In this document: in pieces, positions 53,717 through 63,098 of the stretch
How positions within the stretch are numbered: position 1 is the stretch's first letter
Layout of the letters: each line of letters starts with the position of its first letter
IMG/VR virus record: IMGVR_UViG_3300021311_000141
Span: 8,255-72,254 of that record
From: a virus
Lineage: Duplodnaviria > Caudoviricetes
Length of the DNA: 64,000 nt
Direction: 5' to 3' (one strand)
The notes under the pieces: model-generated
Told to the model about the DNA's origin: nothing
The model's input: only the letters and a program-made list of their open reading frames with translations
Databases searched by the model: none
Program-made: the position numbers and the translations under genes

Positions 53717-53734
53717 AGGAATCTCCTCTGTTTT

Positions 53735-53830
53735 TTGTCGTTCCGTTTATAAGGTTGTAGTGCACGACAAAAAATAATTTGTCAAACGACAAAAATTTTA
53801 CTTGCAATTTTTTGTCGTTCGACATACAAG
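53735..53830. promoter_or_regulatory. Early-operon promoter and left operator
   Basis: Plus strand TTGCAA (53802-07), 17 bp, TACAAG (53825-30); GTCGTTCGAC 53814, GTCAAACGAC 53781, half-sites ~53737 and ~53765. Confidence 0.75.
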
Positions 53831-53836
53831 GAATTT

Positions 53837-54060
53837 GCCAACGCGGGAAAGCCCGTGCGGCCCGCCAAGAGGCGGAATTGCTCCTTGAAAATCGAGCCAG
53901 AAGAAGCCCCCAGGTAGCCGGGAAAGGTCGCTCCCCATCGGTTGCCGCAAGGTGGATGGATGCTTGAGCAAAGCCGCGCCGGACGCAATGATGCAGGCGC
54001 GAAACAAGACGCACTGACGAATTTTTGTTCTCAACGGCCCGCGAGAGATCGCGGGCCGAA
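53837..54060 (+). ncRNA. Structured leader RNA with boxA-like sequence (candidate antitermination site)
   Basis: Hairpin CCGCC-AAGA-GGCGG (53862-75), TGCTCCTTGAAAAT (53879-92), 10-bp stem with GAGA loop (54035-58). Confidence 0.45.
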
Positions 54061-54116
54061 ACGGAACGGAAATTGACGGAAACTCAAAAACGCCTTATTT
54101 AGGAGGCGAGGCTGGA

Positions 54117-54287
54117 ATGAAAAAAGAAATTTTGGCGTATCTGATTGGTCTGTGCCAAGCGGCGTCTGCCGCTCTTCTTGCCTCGGCTGTGATAGTGCCA
54201 GAGCAAAGGGCGGCTGCGCTTTTTGCCTGCTATATTGCGGCGGCGCTGGGCCTCTTTTTTGTCTTCCAGAAGAACAAGGAGGACTGA
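54117..54287 (+). CDS. Small membrane protein (56 aa), not in ORF track
   Basis: AGGAGG RBS; MKKEILAYLIGLCQAASAALLASAVIVPEQRAAALFACYIAAALGLFFVFQKNKED. Confidence 0.6.
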   Translation: MKKEILAYLIGLCQAASAALLASAVIVPEQRAAALFACYIAAALGLFFVFQKNKED

Positions 54288-54288
54288 T

Positions 54289-54378
54289 ATGTTTGGTGTC
54301 TGGGCCTATCTGATCGGCATTTTTGTAACAGGCCTTCTGGTCTGCAAGTTCCTTCCTTCTGACAAGTTGGACAAATGA
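54289..54378 (+). CDS. Small membrane peptide (29 aa), not in ORF track
   Basis: GGAGGA RBS; MFGVWAYLIGIFVTGLLVCKFLPSDKLDK. Confidence 0.55.
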   Translation: MFGVWAYLIGIFVTGLLVCKFLPSDKLDK

Positions 54379-54406
54379 GTTGTCCACAATAATAATTGGT
54401 CACAAT

Positions 54407-54441
54407 GCCCCCCGGATGATTCTCCGGGGGGCTATTTTTTT
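54407..54441 (+). terminator. Rho-independent terminator
   Basis: GCCCCCCGGA-TGATTC-TCCGGGGGGC then TATTTTTTT. Confidence 0.85.
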
Positions 54442-54454
54442 ACCAAAAGGAAAT

Positions 54455-54637
54455 ATGACAGCACTTACATTTGTGGAACGCCGCTGCGAGGGGCGGCAGT
54501 GGGCAGAATCGGCCAATCGTGGGACTTGCACCACGGAGGACGCCGCGCATAAAGCGCATGAAATCCTCCGGCATTGCGGCGAGATACAGTATCTCGCCTT
54601 CATCAGCGGATTTAACGAGGAGCTGCAAAACGCATGA
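54455..54637 (+). CDS. Hypothetical protein
   Basis: AAGGA RBS, ATG 54455. Confidence 0.45.
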   Translation: MTALTFVERRCEGRQWAESANRGTCTTEDAAHKAHEILRHCGEIQYLAFISGFNEELQNA

Positions 54638-54987
54638 AAAGCAAGCTCCCTGTGACGGCAGGGAGCGCCCCGGAGGCGACCGGAGCCTGGGCGGTGCGGA
54701 ACGTGAGGGAACGCCCTCAGTCGGGGGAATGGCAGTACCTCACCCGCCGCGCCAAAGGACACGGCTAGGCAGAAAGGGCGGTTGACCTGAATAAAGGGTT
54801 TGCCGGGCATGGGCGGCCCGCCTGCCGAAGACACCCCATGCGGAGCCCGCGCCGTCAGTAGCGCGCCGAAAGCGGGCACGGAGACGCTGCACCAGCCACG
54901 CAGCGAGGAAACATGCCGGGTGGCACCCGGTCTTGAACAAAAGACAGGCCGTAGCTTATCGCTGCGGCCTTTTTGTTTGGAGGAACC

Positions 54988-55239
54988 ATGCGGATTTTTC
55001 TGCTCTATGCCTTCCTGCTGGCGAACGGCGAAAGCCTGATCGCAGAACGCGAGGCGGCGTCCCCGCAAGGGCATCGCCCGGTGCGCTCCATGCGCGAGTG
55101 CGAGCGTATCGCCGCGGCGCAGGCTGAACGGTTCCGCATGGTTTTCGCCACAGCGGAAAACCGACTTTTCACAGACGTGACGATCCGCTGCGAGAAGCGG
55201 CCCGCCCAAAGCAGGACGGTACGGGAAAGGAGGCGGTGA
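54988..55239 (+). CDS. Hypothetical protein
   Basis: GGAGG RBS, ATG 54988. Confidence 0.5.
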   Translation: MRIFLLYAFLLANGESLIAEREAASPQGHRPVRSMRECERIAAAQAERFRMVFATAENRLFTDVTIRCEKRPAQSRTVRERRR

Positions 55240-55433
55240 TGTGTTTCGGCATGGGCTGCATGTTTGAAGGCAGCCGTGGGGAGTGTGGGAAGTCGCTGCG
55301 CACACCATGCCCCATTGAAGCGCCGGGTGCATACGAACAGGCCATGAGCGCGAGAGATGACGCCATTGACCTGCGCTATGCGGAACTGCGCGAAAACCAG
55401 CCAAATGAGGTGGAACATGGCACAGGTCATTGA
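55236..55433 (+). CDS. Small Cys-rich hypothetical protein
   Basis: MCFGMGCMFE..GEC..CP; overlap-coupled. Confidence 0.5.
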   Translation: MMCFGMGCMFEGSRGECGKSLRTPCPIEAPGAYEQAMSARDDAIDLRYAELRENQPNEVEHGTGH

Positions 55434-55572
55434 TTTTTCACTCTGGAAGAGGCGCAGGAAGCCCATCACGGCGGTTTTCCGCACTGCCGGCGGCAGGGCC
55501 GTGGTCACGCGGTGCTGGTCATGGGCTGAAGTCATTTTGGCATTTGAACGCTCGCGGCAGGCTGCCGCGTAA
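55417..55572 (+). CDS. Hypothetical protein
   Basis: GAGG RBS; MAQVIDF N-terminus. Confidence 0.4.
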   Translation: MAQVIDFSLWKRRRKPITAVFRTAGGRAVVTRCWSWAEVILAFERSRQAAA

Positions 55573-55592
55573 ACCAATGGGGAGAGGTGGTT

Positions 55593-56909
55593 ATGAGCCA
55601 GAATCAGGGGCGCCGCGAAAGCGCCGGACTGTCGTTGAAGGAAGACGCCGAGAGTGCGTTCAAGCGCATTGCTGCGGCCTGTCCGGAGGACGCCCAGGTG
55701 CTGGGCCAATATCTCGCCGCGCTACACAAGAAAAGCGTGGTCGCCCTGGGAGAGGGAGAGGCGTTTGTCCTGCGGGACGGCGACGGCCGAGCCATCAAGG
55801 CCACCAAACGCATCGTTCATCTGGACGCCGCCAACGGCGGTCTGACGCAGCCGGTGTACCAAGGGCCGTATGTCATCTCCGCGCCGGGCTATGCCATGCT
55901 GGCCCACGCCAGCGGCGCGGTCTGCATGAACGCGCCCACCGTCACCGTTGACGGTGAGGTGCAGCAGAATCCCTATGTCCGCCGGGGCAAGGACGGATCC
56001 ATCGTTGAGGTGTACTGCCGCGCCGTGGCGTTCCGCTATAACGAGCAGGGTGCGCCGACGGTGAGCGACCGCACGACCATCTTTGACACGGCAACCTACA
56101 TGATGGTCGATCTTGTGGGCAAGGCCAGACGGAACGCGGAGGTGTTCAGAATGCTGCCCGCAGGCATGGAGCCGCCGGGGAAGCGCGAGGAATGGGCCTG
56201 CTACAGGCTGGACGAATCCATCAATCTCTGGATGAAGATCAGCCACAAGGAGGCCATTACGTTTATTTCCAACGTCCTGAACCGCAAGAAGAAGGCGATG
56301 GAGTTCGCGCAGACCTTTGCGCAAAGGAACGCGCTCAAACACCTGTTCGGCATTGCCGCCGTGCCCGGCCAGTCGGAGAACAATCCCATCAGTCATTGGG
56401 ATGTCCCTGTTGTCTGCTGGATGCCGCAGGACGGCGGGCTGATACGCTTTGACATGGCCCGCTATGCCAGCGCCACGGATACCATTGACGCCCTGACGCA
56501 GGGGCAGTCCGTGGCACTGCCCGAAGCGCATCAGCCCATTGTCATCTCCCGCGGCACGGATCAGGTGAACGGCGGCGAGTTGGACGAAATGACCGACCCA
56601 GAAGACAACCCCGGACGCTATGAGCCGCAGGCGGACGCCCTGCCGGAGCCCCCCCAGGCCGCGGCCGCGCAGACCGAACCCGACGCCACAACCGCCGATG
56701 GCGAAGAAATGCCGGACAGCACACGGCCTGCGGATGAACCCGCCTGGACGCAGGAACAGATGGGTGCGTGGAAGAACCTGCAGGTGGCGCGCGAGGAATT
56801 TCCCGTCGAATACGACAAGGCACTGAAACAGTGCAATCTGACGGATAATCAGGTGAACCCCGGCAACGCCGCCGCCGTCAACCGCATCATTGACCGCATG
56901 GTCATTTAG
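55593..56909 (+). CDS. Putative recombination/single-strand annealing protein with acidic C-terminal tail
   Basis: First large gene of the recombination operon; AMEFAQTFAQRNALKHLFGI is reminiscent of SSAP C-terminal helices; family unconfirmed. Confidence 0.45.
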   Translation: MSQNQGRRESAGLSLKEDAESAFKRIAAACPEDAQVLGQYLAALHKKSVVALGEGEAFVLRDGDGRAIKATKRIVHLDAANGGLTQPVYQGPYVISAPGYAMLAHASGAVCMNAPTVTVDGEVQQNPYVRRGKDGSIVEVYCRAVAFRYNEQGAPTVSDRTTIFDTATYMMVDLVGKARRNAEVFRMLPAGMEPPGKREEWACYRLDESINLWMKISHKEAITFISNVLNRKKKAMEFAQTFAQRNALKHLFGIAAVPGQSENNPISHWDVPVVCWMPQDGGLIRFDMARYASATDTIDALTQGQSVALPEAHQPIVISRGTDQVNGGELDEMTDPEDNPGRYEPQADALPEPPQAAAAQTEPDATTADGEEMPDSTRPADEPAWTQEQMGAWKNLQVAREEFPVEYDKALKQCNLTDNQVNPGNAAAVNRIIDRMVI

Positions 56910-56917
56910 GAGGGCGC

Positions 56918-57880
56918 ATGATTACGCGAATCTGGGCAAAGAGTTTCAAGGGCCTGGATTTTGACCAGGCCCTTGACAGGCGGAGCCTGATCACCGGGCC
57001 GGTTGGCAGCGGAAAAAGCTCGCGGGCGCTGGCCCTGACGCTGGCCGTCACGGGCGAGTTGCGGGGAACAGGCGTGGCCAAGAGCAATGCGGACATCTAT
57101 TGCGCCGTGTCCAGTGGCCCCGAAATGGCCGTGGGCATCGAAATTGACGGCGAGACAACGCTGGAGCGCATCTTCAAGCGCAAGAAGGACGGGGGCGTGA
57201 CGTGCGCATACCGCTGCTGCGGCGAGCCGACGCCCAAGCAGAGCTTCGACGGCGAGGTGAACCGCGCCGGCATCGTGATTGCCGACGTGCCCGCATTCCT
57301 GCGGCTGTCTGCCGCAAAGAAAATCGATGAGCTGTTTCGACTGTTCCCGCCTTCGGGCGACCTGCGCAAGATCAGCGCGGCCATTGTCAAAGCCAAAGCC
57401 CGGTTGCTGGAGATTGACGCGGAAATGCGCGGGCGGCAGCAGTCGGAGAAAAATTTGGCCGAGGCCGTCGCCAATTTCGAAATGCCGGAGGGCAACCTGC
57501 CCGTCACCCAGGCGGAGATCGCCAAGCTCGAACGCGAGCTGATACAGGCCCGCGAGGAGCGGACGCGAGAGGCAACGCGCCTCGAAATGGAAGATGCGGT
57601 GCGGCGCAAGGCGGAAACCGTCACGGACGGCGGAGAGGCAACAGCGCGGGAGGGGATCAACCCCGCGCCGGCGCAAAGCCTGCCCCTGTTCGGTGTTTCG
57701 GAACGGCCTCCACAAGCCGCTGCGGCCGTCCCTGCCGCATCCCTTGATGACAATCCCGCAGCAGCGGCGCTTGAACGCGTCCTTTCCGCCCTCAAGCGCG
57801 CCGGTTGCGAAAGCTGCGCGGCCCGCATGGTGCTGCGCCGCGAAATTCACAACCTTCGGGCAAATACCAGCGAGGCATGA
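56918..57880 (+). CDS. Rad50/SbcC-like ATPase, N-terminal half (Walker A, coiled coil, CxxC)
   Basis: RIWAKSFKG, LITGPVGSGKS, coiled coil, CESC near the C-terminus. Confidence 0.8.
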   Translation: MITRIWAKSFKGLDFDQALDRRSLITGPVGSGKSSRALALTLAVTGELRGTGVAKSNADIYCAVSSGPEMAVGIEIDGETTLERIFKRKKDGGVTCAYRCCGEPTPKQSFDGEVNRAGIVIADVPAFLRLSAAKKIDELFRLFPPSGDLRKISAAIVKAKARLLEIDAEMRGRQQSEKNLAEAVANFEMPEGNLPVTQAEIAKLERELIQAREERTREATRLEMEDAVRRKAETVTDGGEATAREGINPAPAQSLPLFGVSERPPQAAAAVPAASLDDNPAAAALERVLSALKRAGCESCAARMVLRREIHNLRANTSEA

Positions 57881-57881
57881 C

Positions 57882-58496
57882 ATGGATACCCTTGAATTGC
57901 TCGACCAGCGCATCTCCGGCCTTTCGACGCGGCTGACAACGCTGCGGGAGCACGAACGCCTGTTCCAGCGGGCCGCCGGTTTGCGGGCGCAACTGGAAAA
58001 AGACCGCGCCGCCCTGCTGGAATTGGAAGAAGAACGGGAAAAGGCCAAGGCGGAGCTCGCTGAACTGCAGGGACAAAAGGCGACAGCCATGCAGGCCACG
58101 GCCGGCGCGCTTGCGGACAAGATGGGGGAGGTTCTGCCCTACGGCAGGGCAGCGTTCCGCATTGATGATGAGGGCAAGGATGTGAGTCTGTCATGGGAGG
58201 AGCCCGGCGGCGCGTCATACGCTGTCCCTTACGGTGGACTGTCTGGCGGCCAGCGCGTCATGTTTGAGAGCGCGCTTGGTTATGCCCTGCTGCCCGCCGG
58301 CACGAAAAACCCGGTCATCCTCATCGAGGCAGCGGAGCTTGGCAAGGAGATAGCCCCGTTGCTTGAACGGATGGCCGCCACAAACGTCGGCGCGCAAATC
58401 ATCGCCTGCACCTGCCATGATGTCGCCAGTCCGCCCGAAGGCTGGAATCTCACAACCGTGGCGCGTGATGCTCCCAGGGAAAGGGGGGGAGCATGA
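57882..58496 (+). CDS. Rad50/SbcC-like ATPase, C-terminal half (coiled coil, ABC signature, Walker B)
   Basis: LSGGQRV, VILIEAAEL, IIACTCHD; ATG 1 nt after the upstream stop. Confidence 0.8.
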   Translation: MDTLELLDQRISGLSTRLTTLREHERLFQRAAGLRAQLEKDRAALLELEEEREKAKAELAELQGQKATAMQATAGALADKMGEVLPYGRAAFRIDDEGKDVSLSWEEPGGASYAVPYGGLSGGQRVMFESALGYALLPAGTKNPVILIEAAELGKEIAPLLERMAATNVGAQIIACTCHDVASPPEGWNLTTVARDAPRERGGA

Positions 58497-60256
58497 GCCT
58501 TGAGGATCTGAACGCAGAGCAACGTGCCGCAGTGCTGGCCCCGGAGCAGCGCGTTCTTGTGCTGGCCGGCGCGGGCAGCGGCAAGACCCGCACCCTTGTG
58601 GAGAAGGCGGCACACCTGATTGAGAGCGGCATAAGCGGCTACGACATCGTATGCACCACGTTCACCCGCGCCGCTGCAGGCGAGATGCGCAGGCGGCTTG
58701 AGGCCCGCGTTGGCCGCGAGGCGCGGAAGGTGACGCTCAACACGTTCCACGGCATCGGCCTGTCCCTGCTGCGCAGATACGGCGAACACATCGGGCTTCG
58801 CTACGGCCCACTGACCGTCTATACGCCGCTGGAAGTGGATGTACTGCTGAAACACTGCGGGGAACAGCTCGGCATATACCTCAAGGGCAGGTGGACGTGC
58901 GGCAAGCGGGAGATGGAGAAGGCCATGTCCCGCTGGGAGCTCGGCGAAGATGCGGCAGAAGCGCCCTTTGACAGCCTTTTCAAGCTGTTTCGGTTGACCT
59001 GTCTGCGGTTCAACGCCCTGCCGTACTCCGGCCTGATACACGGCCTTGTGGCTCTGGCCGAAGCCGGGAAGGTGCGCCGGTTCACCAGTTGGCGGCATTT
59101 CCTTGTTGACGAGGTGCAAGACCTTGACCCCATGCAATGGCGAGCACTGGACGCCATGCTCGCTCACAGCGAGGGCTCTACCCTCTTCGCCGTGGGCGAC
59201 ATCTCGCAATCCATCTACACCTTCCGCGGGGCCGTGCCGGGGCATGTCCAGTCCCTTATCGACCGGCACAGTGTCACCGTCTATGAACTGCGCTCCAACT
59301 ACCGCAGCAATCCCGGCATCGTGGATGCGGCCAACATGCTGATCCGTCACAACGTGAGCCATCGCGTTCTGGAAATGGATGCCAGGCGTGATGGCGTTGG
59401 ATACCGCGCACCCGAACTTGTGAACGGGGCTGACAGCGCACGGCTTGCCGGATTTATTGCCGGCAAGGACTGGCAAAGCCCGCCGACAGTGCTGTGCCGG
59501 AACAATCGTATGCTGGACAGGTTGAGCGCGGAGCTCACGGCCCGCGGTGTTGAGCACCGCCGCATAGGCAAGAGCACGTCCGCACTGCACACGCCGCTTT
59601 TTGTGAAAGCTCACGCGGCCCTGAAATGCTGCGTGAACCCCTATGACGAAACGGCCTTCCTGTTGGCGCATAAAGGGTTCGGTCTGGACGCCAAGCAATA
59701 CGCCGCCATACGGGTAAGCGCGGCTGAACGGGATATGGCCTGCATGGAGGTGTACCGCGCCGGACTGCCTGCCGCAGAACAGGACGCATTGCCCACAGCG
59801 AACGGAACCGTGGCTGCCGCACTGGGCTGGTTTGTGACCTGCCATTACCAGTTCGACCCAGCCGACGGCGATGCCGGTGCGTTCTTCGCTTGGCTGCGCG
59901 AATACGCCGCCGCCAGCCCGGACGGAACGCTGGCGGAATATCTGGACTGGCTGGCCCTGGCCGACGTGCAGGACGAAGTTCAGGCGGGAGCGGACACGCC
60001 CGCCGTGCAGCTTATGACCTGCCATGCCTCCAAGGGGCTGGAGTTTCCCGTTGTCATCGTTGCCGGGTGCAACGAGGGCGTCATGCCCAGCGCCCAGGCA
60101 GTCCGCAATGGAGACGCGGGCATCGAGGATGAGCGGCGCCTCATGTATGTGGCCGTCACCCGTGCGCGGGACTGCCTCATGCTGGCGGTCAGGCCGCAGA
60201 AAAAACCCGGCGAAACGCCCTCGCGGTTTGTGCGGGAAATGTATCTTGAGAGGTAA
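58493..60256 (+). CDS. UvrD/PcrA/Rep-family SF1 helicase
   Basis: LAGAGSGKT, TFTRAAA, VDEVQD, VGDISQSIYTFRGA, NYRS, LMTCHASKGLEF, ERRLMYVAVTRA. Confidence 0.95.
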   Translation: MSLEDLNAEQRAAVLAPEQRVLVLAGAGSGKTRTLVEKAAHLIESGISGYDIVCTTFTRAAAGEMRRRLEARVGREARKVTLNTFHGIGLSLLRRYGEHIGLRYGPLTVYTPLEVDVLLKHCGEQLGIYLKGRWTCGKREMEKAMSRWELGEDAAEAPFDSLFKLFRLTCLRFNALPYSGLIHGLVALAEAGKVRRFTSWRHFLVDEVQDLDPMQWRALDAMLAHSEGSTLFAVGDISQSIYTFRGAVPGHVQSLIDRHSVTVYELRSNYRSNPGIVDAANMLIRHNVSHRVLEMDARRDGVGYRAPELVNGADSARLAGFIAGKDWQSPPTVLCRNNRMLDRLSAELTARGVEHRRIGKSTSALHTPLFVKAHAALKCCVNPYDETAFLLAHKGFGLDAKQYAAIRVSAAERDMACMEVYRAGLPAAEQDALPTANGTVAAALGWFVTCHYQFDPADGDAGAFFAWLREYAAASPDGTLAEYLDWLALADVQDEVQAGADTPAVQLMTCHASKGLEFPVVIVAGCNEGVMPSAQAVRNGDAGIEDERRLMYVAVTRARDCLMLAVRPQKKPGETPSRFVREMYLER

Positions 60257-60301
60257 CGGGGCGGAGCAATCCGCCCCTCACTTTTACAGGGAGAGAACAT
60301 T

Positions 60302-61450
60302 ATGGCGAGCTTTCTTTCAGGCTCGAACAGCCTGACGCGCTTTCGCATCAACGAAGACGGCATTCCGCAGGCTTTCTGGGACTCTCTTCGGGGAAAACTG
60401 CTTCAATTCGTCTTCCGCTCCATCGACGATGTTCCCGAAAAGCAGGCCTTCGGATGGACGAATTTCGACGACATGCTGGACACGACATGGCAGAACTCTC
60501 CGCCGGAAAAGGCGGAGTACATTGCCCTCGGTTTCCGCATTGACAGCCGACGGATCCCCGGCGCCGTCCTGAAAAAAGCCTTTCGCCTTGCCTTGGAAGA
60601 AGAGAAACGCCGCATGAGCGAACAGGGCAAGAATTTCATTTCCCGTGAGCGCAAAAGGGAGATCAAGGAGCAAGTCACCCTGCGCCTGCGCGCGCGGGTG
60701 TTGCCCGTTCCCGAATTTTATCAGGCCGTCTGGGACGTGAAGGCCGGGACGATTCTCCTCAATACCGCCGCTGTCGGCAAAATCGATCTGTTCTGCCAGC
60801 TCTTCACCAACACATTCGGCCTGCATTTGGAGCAGGTCACGCCGCACAGCCTGGCCGTAGAGGCCTTTCCCGACAAGGAAGAGGCTTTGGCGGGCATTGA
60901 ACCGGCAGTATTCGCCGACGGACATCCCTCTGACGTCTCAAAGGACATGGATAGCCTGCTGGGAGCGGACTTCCTGACATGGCTCTGGTACCGCAGCGAC
61001 ACCGCCCCCGGCGCGTTTGCCGACAGGCAGGGCGCACCCTTTGCCGTTTCTATGGAGCAGCGCATCGTCGTGGAGGGCGGCAAGGGTGGCGCCCGCGAAA
61101 CGACATCCGTTTCCGGCCCGTTGGCTTCCATGAGGGAGGCATACACAGGCCTTGCGGATGGGAAAAAGGTGACGCGCGCCTTGCTTCGCATCGAAGCGGA
61201 GGGCACATGGCAGGTCACGCTGAAGGCCGAGGACGCCAACTTATACAGCCTTCGGACGCCCAAGCTGGACAAGAGCGACGGCGACGAAGACCCGGACGCC
61301 CTGCTGCTGGAAAAGATATACCTCATTGAGAAGTGCATCACGTTCGTGGACGACATTTACGAACAATTCCTGCTGCTGCGCCTCTCTGACGCCTGGCCCA
61401 ACGAGGTCAAGCTCGTTTCCGACTGGATTGAACGCACGAAAAACGCATAA
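60302..61450 (+). CDS. RdgC-like recombination-associated protein
   Basis: SLTRFRI..FRSID..FGWTNF..FRIDSRRIPGAVLK..LGADFLTWLWY..GKKV. Confidence 0.75.
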   Translation: MASFLSGSNSLTRFRINEDGIPQAFWDSLRGKLLQFVFRSIDDVPEKQAFGWTNFDDMLDTTWQNSPPEKAEYIALGFRIDSRRIPGAVLKKAFRLALEEEKRRMSEQGKNFISRERKREIKEQVTLRLRARVLPVPEFYQAVWDVKAGTILLNTAAVGKIDLFCQLFTNTFGLHLEQVTPHSLAVEAFPDKEEALAGIEPAVFADGHPSDVSKDMDSLLGADFLTWLWYRSDTAPGAFADRQGAPFAVSMEQRIVVEGGKGGARETTSVSGPLASMREAYTGLADGKKVTRALLRIEAEGTWQVTLKAEDANLYSLRTPKLDKSDGDEDPDALLLEKIYLIEKCITFVDDIYEQFLLLRLSDAWPNEVKLVSDWIERTKNA

Positions 61451-61464
61451 CGTAAGGAACCGCA

Positions 61465-61659
61465 ATGCCCAATATTCGCCCCCTCGACCTTTTTGGCCTG
61501 ATGCCGTCCTTTCCGAATCACCTGCTCAAGGACACAGGGAACATTCCTGCCGGCGCCATCTCCAAAAAACGCGACACCACATGGCGTTTGTCGCACGGTT
61601 ATGCTTCCCGCCGCGACCGCGCCAACCGCCGCAAGGCCAGGCGCAAGGCGAGACGATGA
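61465..61659 (+). CDS. Small basic hypothetical protein
   Basis: AAGGA RBS; Arg-rich C-terminus. Confidence 0.45.
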   Translation: MPNIRPLDLFGLMPSFPNHLLKDTGNIPAGAISKKRDTTWRLSHGYASRRDRANRRKARRKARR

Positions 61660-61868
61660 AACATTTCTCCCGCCCGCCCGAAGCGGCTGCAATCGGCAGC
61701 AAGGGAACGCGGACGGGAGAAAACGCGCTGTTCGCCGTGGCGACCCGGTGAAACGCGGCAGGCTGCCAACCACTGCCGTGCGTGTATCCGGGCGGAGCAG
61801 AACGGCCCCTACCTCTTCCCAAGCCCGCCGGGCAAACGTCCGGCGGGCATCTTTTATTTGGAGGCCTT

Positions 61869-63098
61869 ATGCGTATCACCATGAAGGCAAAGGAACTCAA
61901 GGCGATTGTCAAAACAATCCGCATTGCTCTTCCTCCCATTTATAACTCGATAATGGATGTGACCGTATTTACACGCACAGCAGACGGCCTGTGTATCCAT
62001 AGTCACGATGGCGGGCATGGAATACGAATATATTGTTATCCGTCATGTGAGGTTCAGGGCCAATTCAAATGGTTTGCCCTGTCCAATCAGGATATCCTTG
62101 CTGCTCTGTCAAACATCGGCGGCAATATCGTCATTTCCGGCGATGACGACATGGGGGATTGCGCAGAGATTTTCAGACTTACCATGTCCATGACCGTGGG
62201 GCCCGGCATCCCGATCAAGAAGGGCCTCTTCACACGAGCAACGAGCGCCCCGGAGCTTTTCGCCGTCAATGCAAAGCGCACAGCCATGCCCGCAGACACG
62301 TCCACGCTTGACAACCAAGGGCTTATCCAAGCCCTGAAAATCGTTTCGCCGAGCGTGTGTGCCAAGGAGCGCATCAGCAAAAGAATTGTGGGCGGCTTTC
62401 GGCTTACGGCAACCGGCGATAGTGCCCTGACCGTTGGCGCCACAAACGGACATGAGCTTCAATGCTACCCCGTGGCCGCTGAACGGCCGGAAAACATAGT
62501 CGGCGAACACGGCATAAGCATCCATGCCGAATCAGCAAAACGCTACGCCTCCATGTGCAGCAGCCATGGATACCTGAATGGCGAGAAAGTTGCGGCAGGC
62601 CTTGCCGGGAATAATCTGCAAATCTCCGGCGGAACATGGCTGGCATCCATTCCGCTTATTGAAGGCGGCGAATGGATTGACCTAGGCACGATATTCCGCA
62701 GCGCAGGCGAAATAAAAAAACCGGCCTGGTCATTCGAAGGCCCGACACTGCGCGCCGTTCTTGGGTATATGGCGGCGGTAAGCCATGCTTACGAACTGAA
62801 TCAGTGGGTGTGCCTGAAAGATTGCCCCGATGGCGTCAGGGTATTCTTGGATACGGAGAGAAGCGCTTTCAGCGTCCTGCTCCCTGCCGTGCGACATGGT
62901 GAGACACGCCGTACCTGTTTCCCCCTGAAAAACCTCTACGAATTGGTGCGCCGATGCAAGCAAGGGGCGGTATGGATCGACCTGGGCCCCACTCCCGGCA
63001 CTCCCTGCCGCATCTGGCTGGACAGCATGCCCGAACGCACAGCCTTTCTCATGCCCATGAAGGAAGCGGATGCCCAGGTGCGCTATGGCGACGATTAG
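61869..63098 (+). CDS. DNA polymerase III beta-clamp-like protein
   Basis: GGAGG RBS; ~409 aa; LTVGATNGHEL resembles the DnaN ATDGHRL motif; LMPM C-terminus. Confidence 0.55.
   Translation: MRITMKAKELKAIVKTIRIALPPIYNSIMDVTVFTRTADGLCIHSHDGGHGIRIYCYPSCEVQGQFKWFALSNQDILAALSNIGGNIVISGDDDMGDCAEIFRLTMSMTVGPGIPIKKGLFTRATSAPELFAVNAKRTAMPADTSTLDNQGLIQALKIVSPSVCAKERISKRIVGGFRLTATGDSALTVGATNGHELQCYPVAAERPENIVGEHGISIHAESAKRYASMCSSHGYLNGEKVAAGLAGNNLQISGGTWLASIPLIEGGEWIDLGTIFRSAGEIKKPAWSFEGPTLRAVLGYMAAVSHAYELNQWVCLKDCPDGVRVFLDTERSAFSVLLPAVRHGETRRTCFPLKNLYELVRRCKQGAVWIDLGPTPGTPCRIWLDSMPERTAFLMPMKEADAQVRYGDD

Noticed and set aside
54634-54970. GC-rich gap with hairpins (e.g. GCTCCCTG/CAGGGAGC) as an ncRNA
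   Set aside because: No recognisable family; short stems are expected at this GC level; may encode a 44-aa peptide
56918-60256. ATPase plus UvrD as a Gabija or other defence system
   Set aside because: No TOPRIM/OLD nuclease domain; host-like composition and early-operon context with RdgC favour recombination
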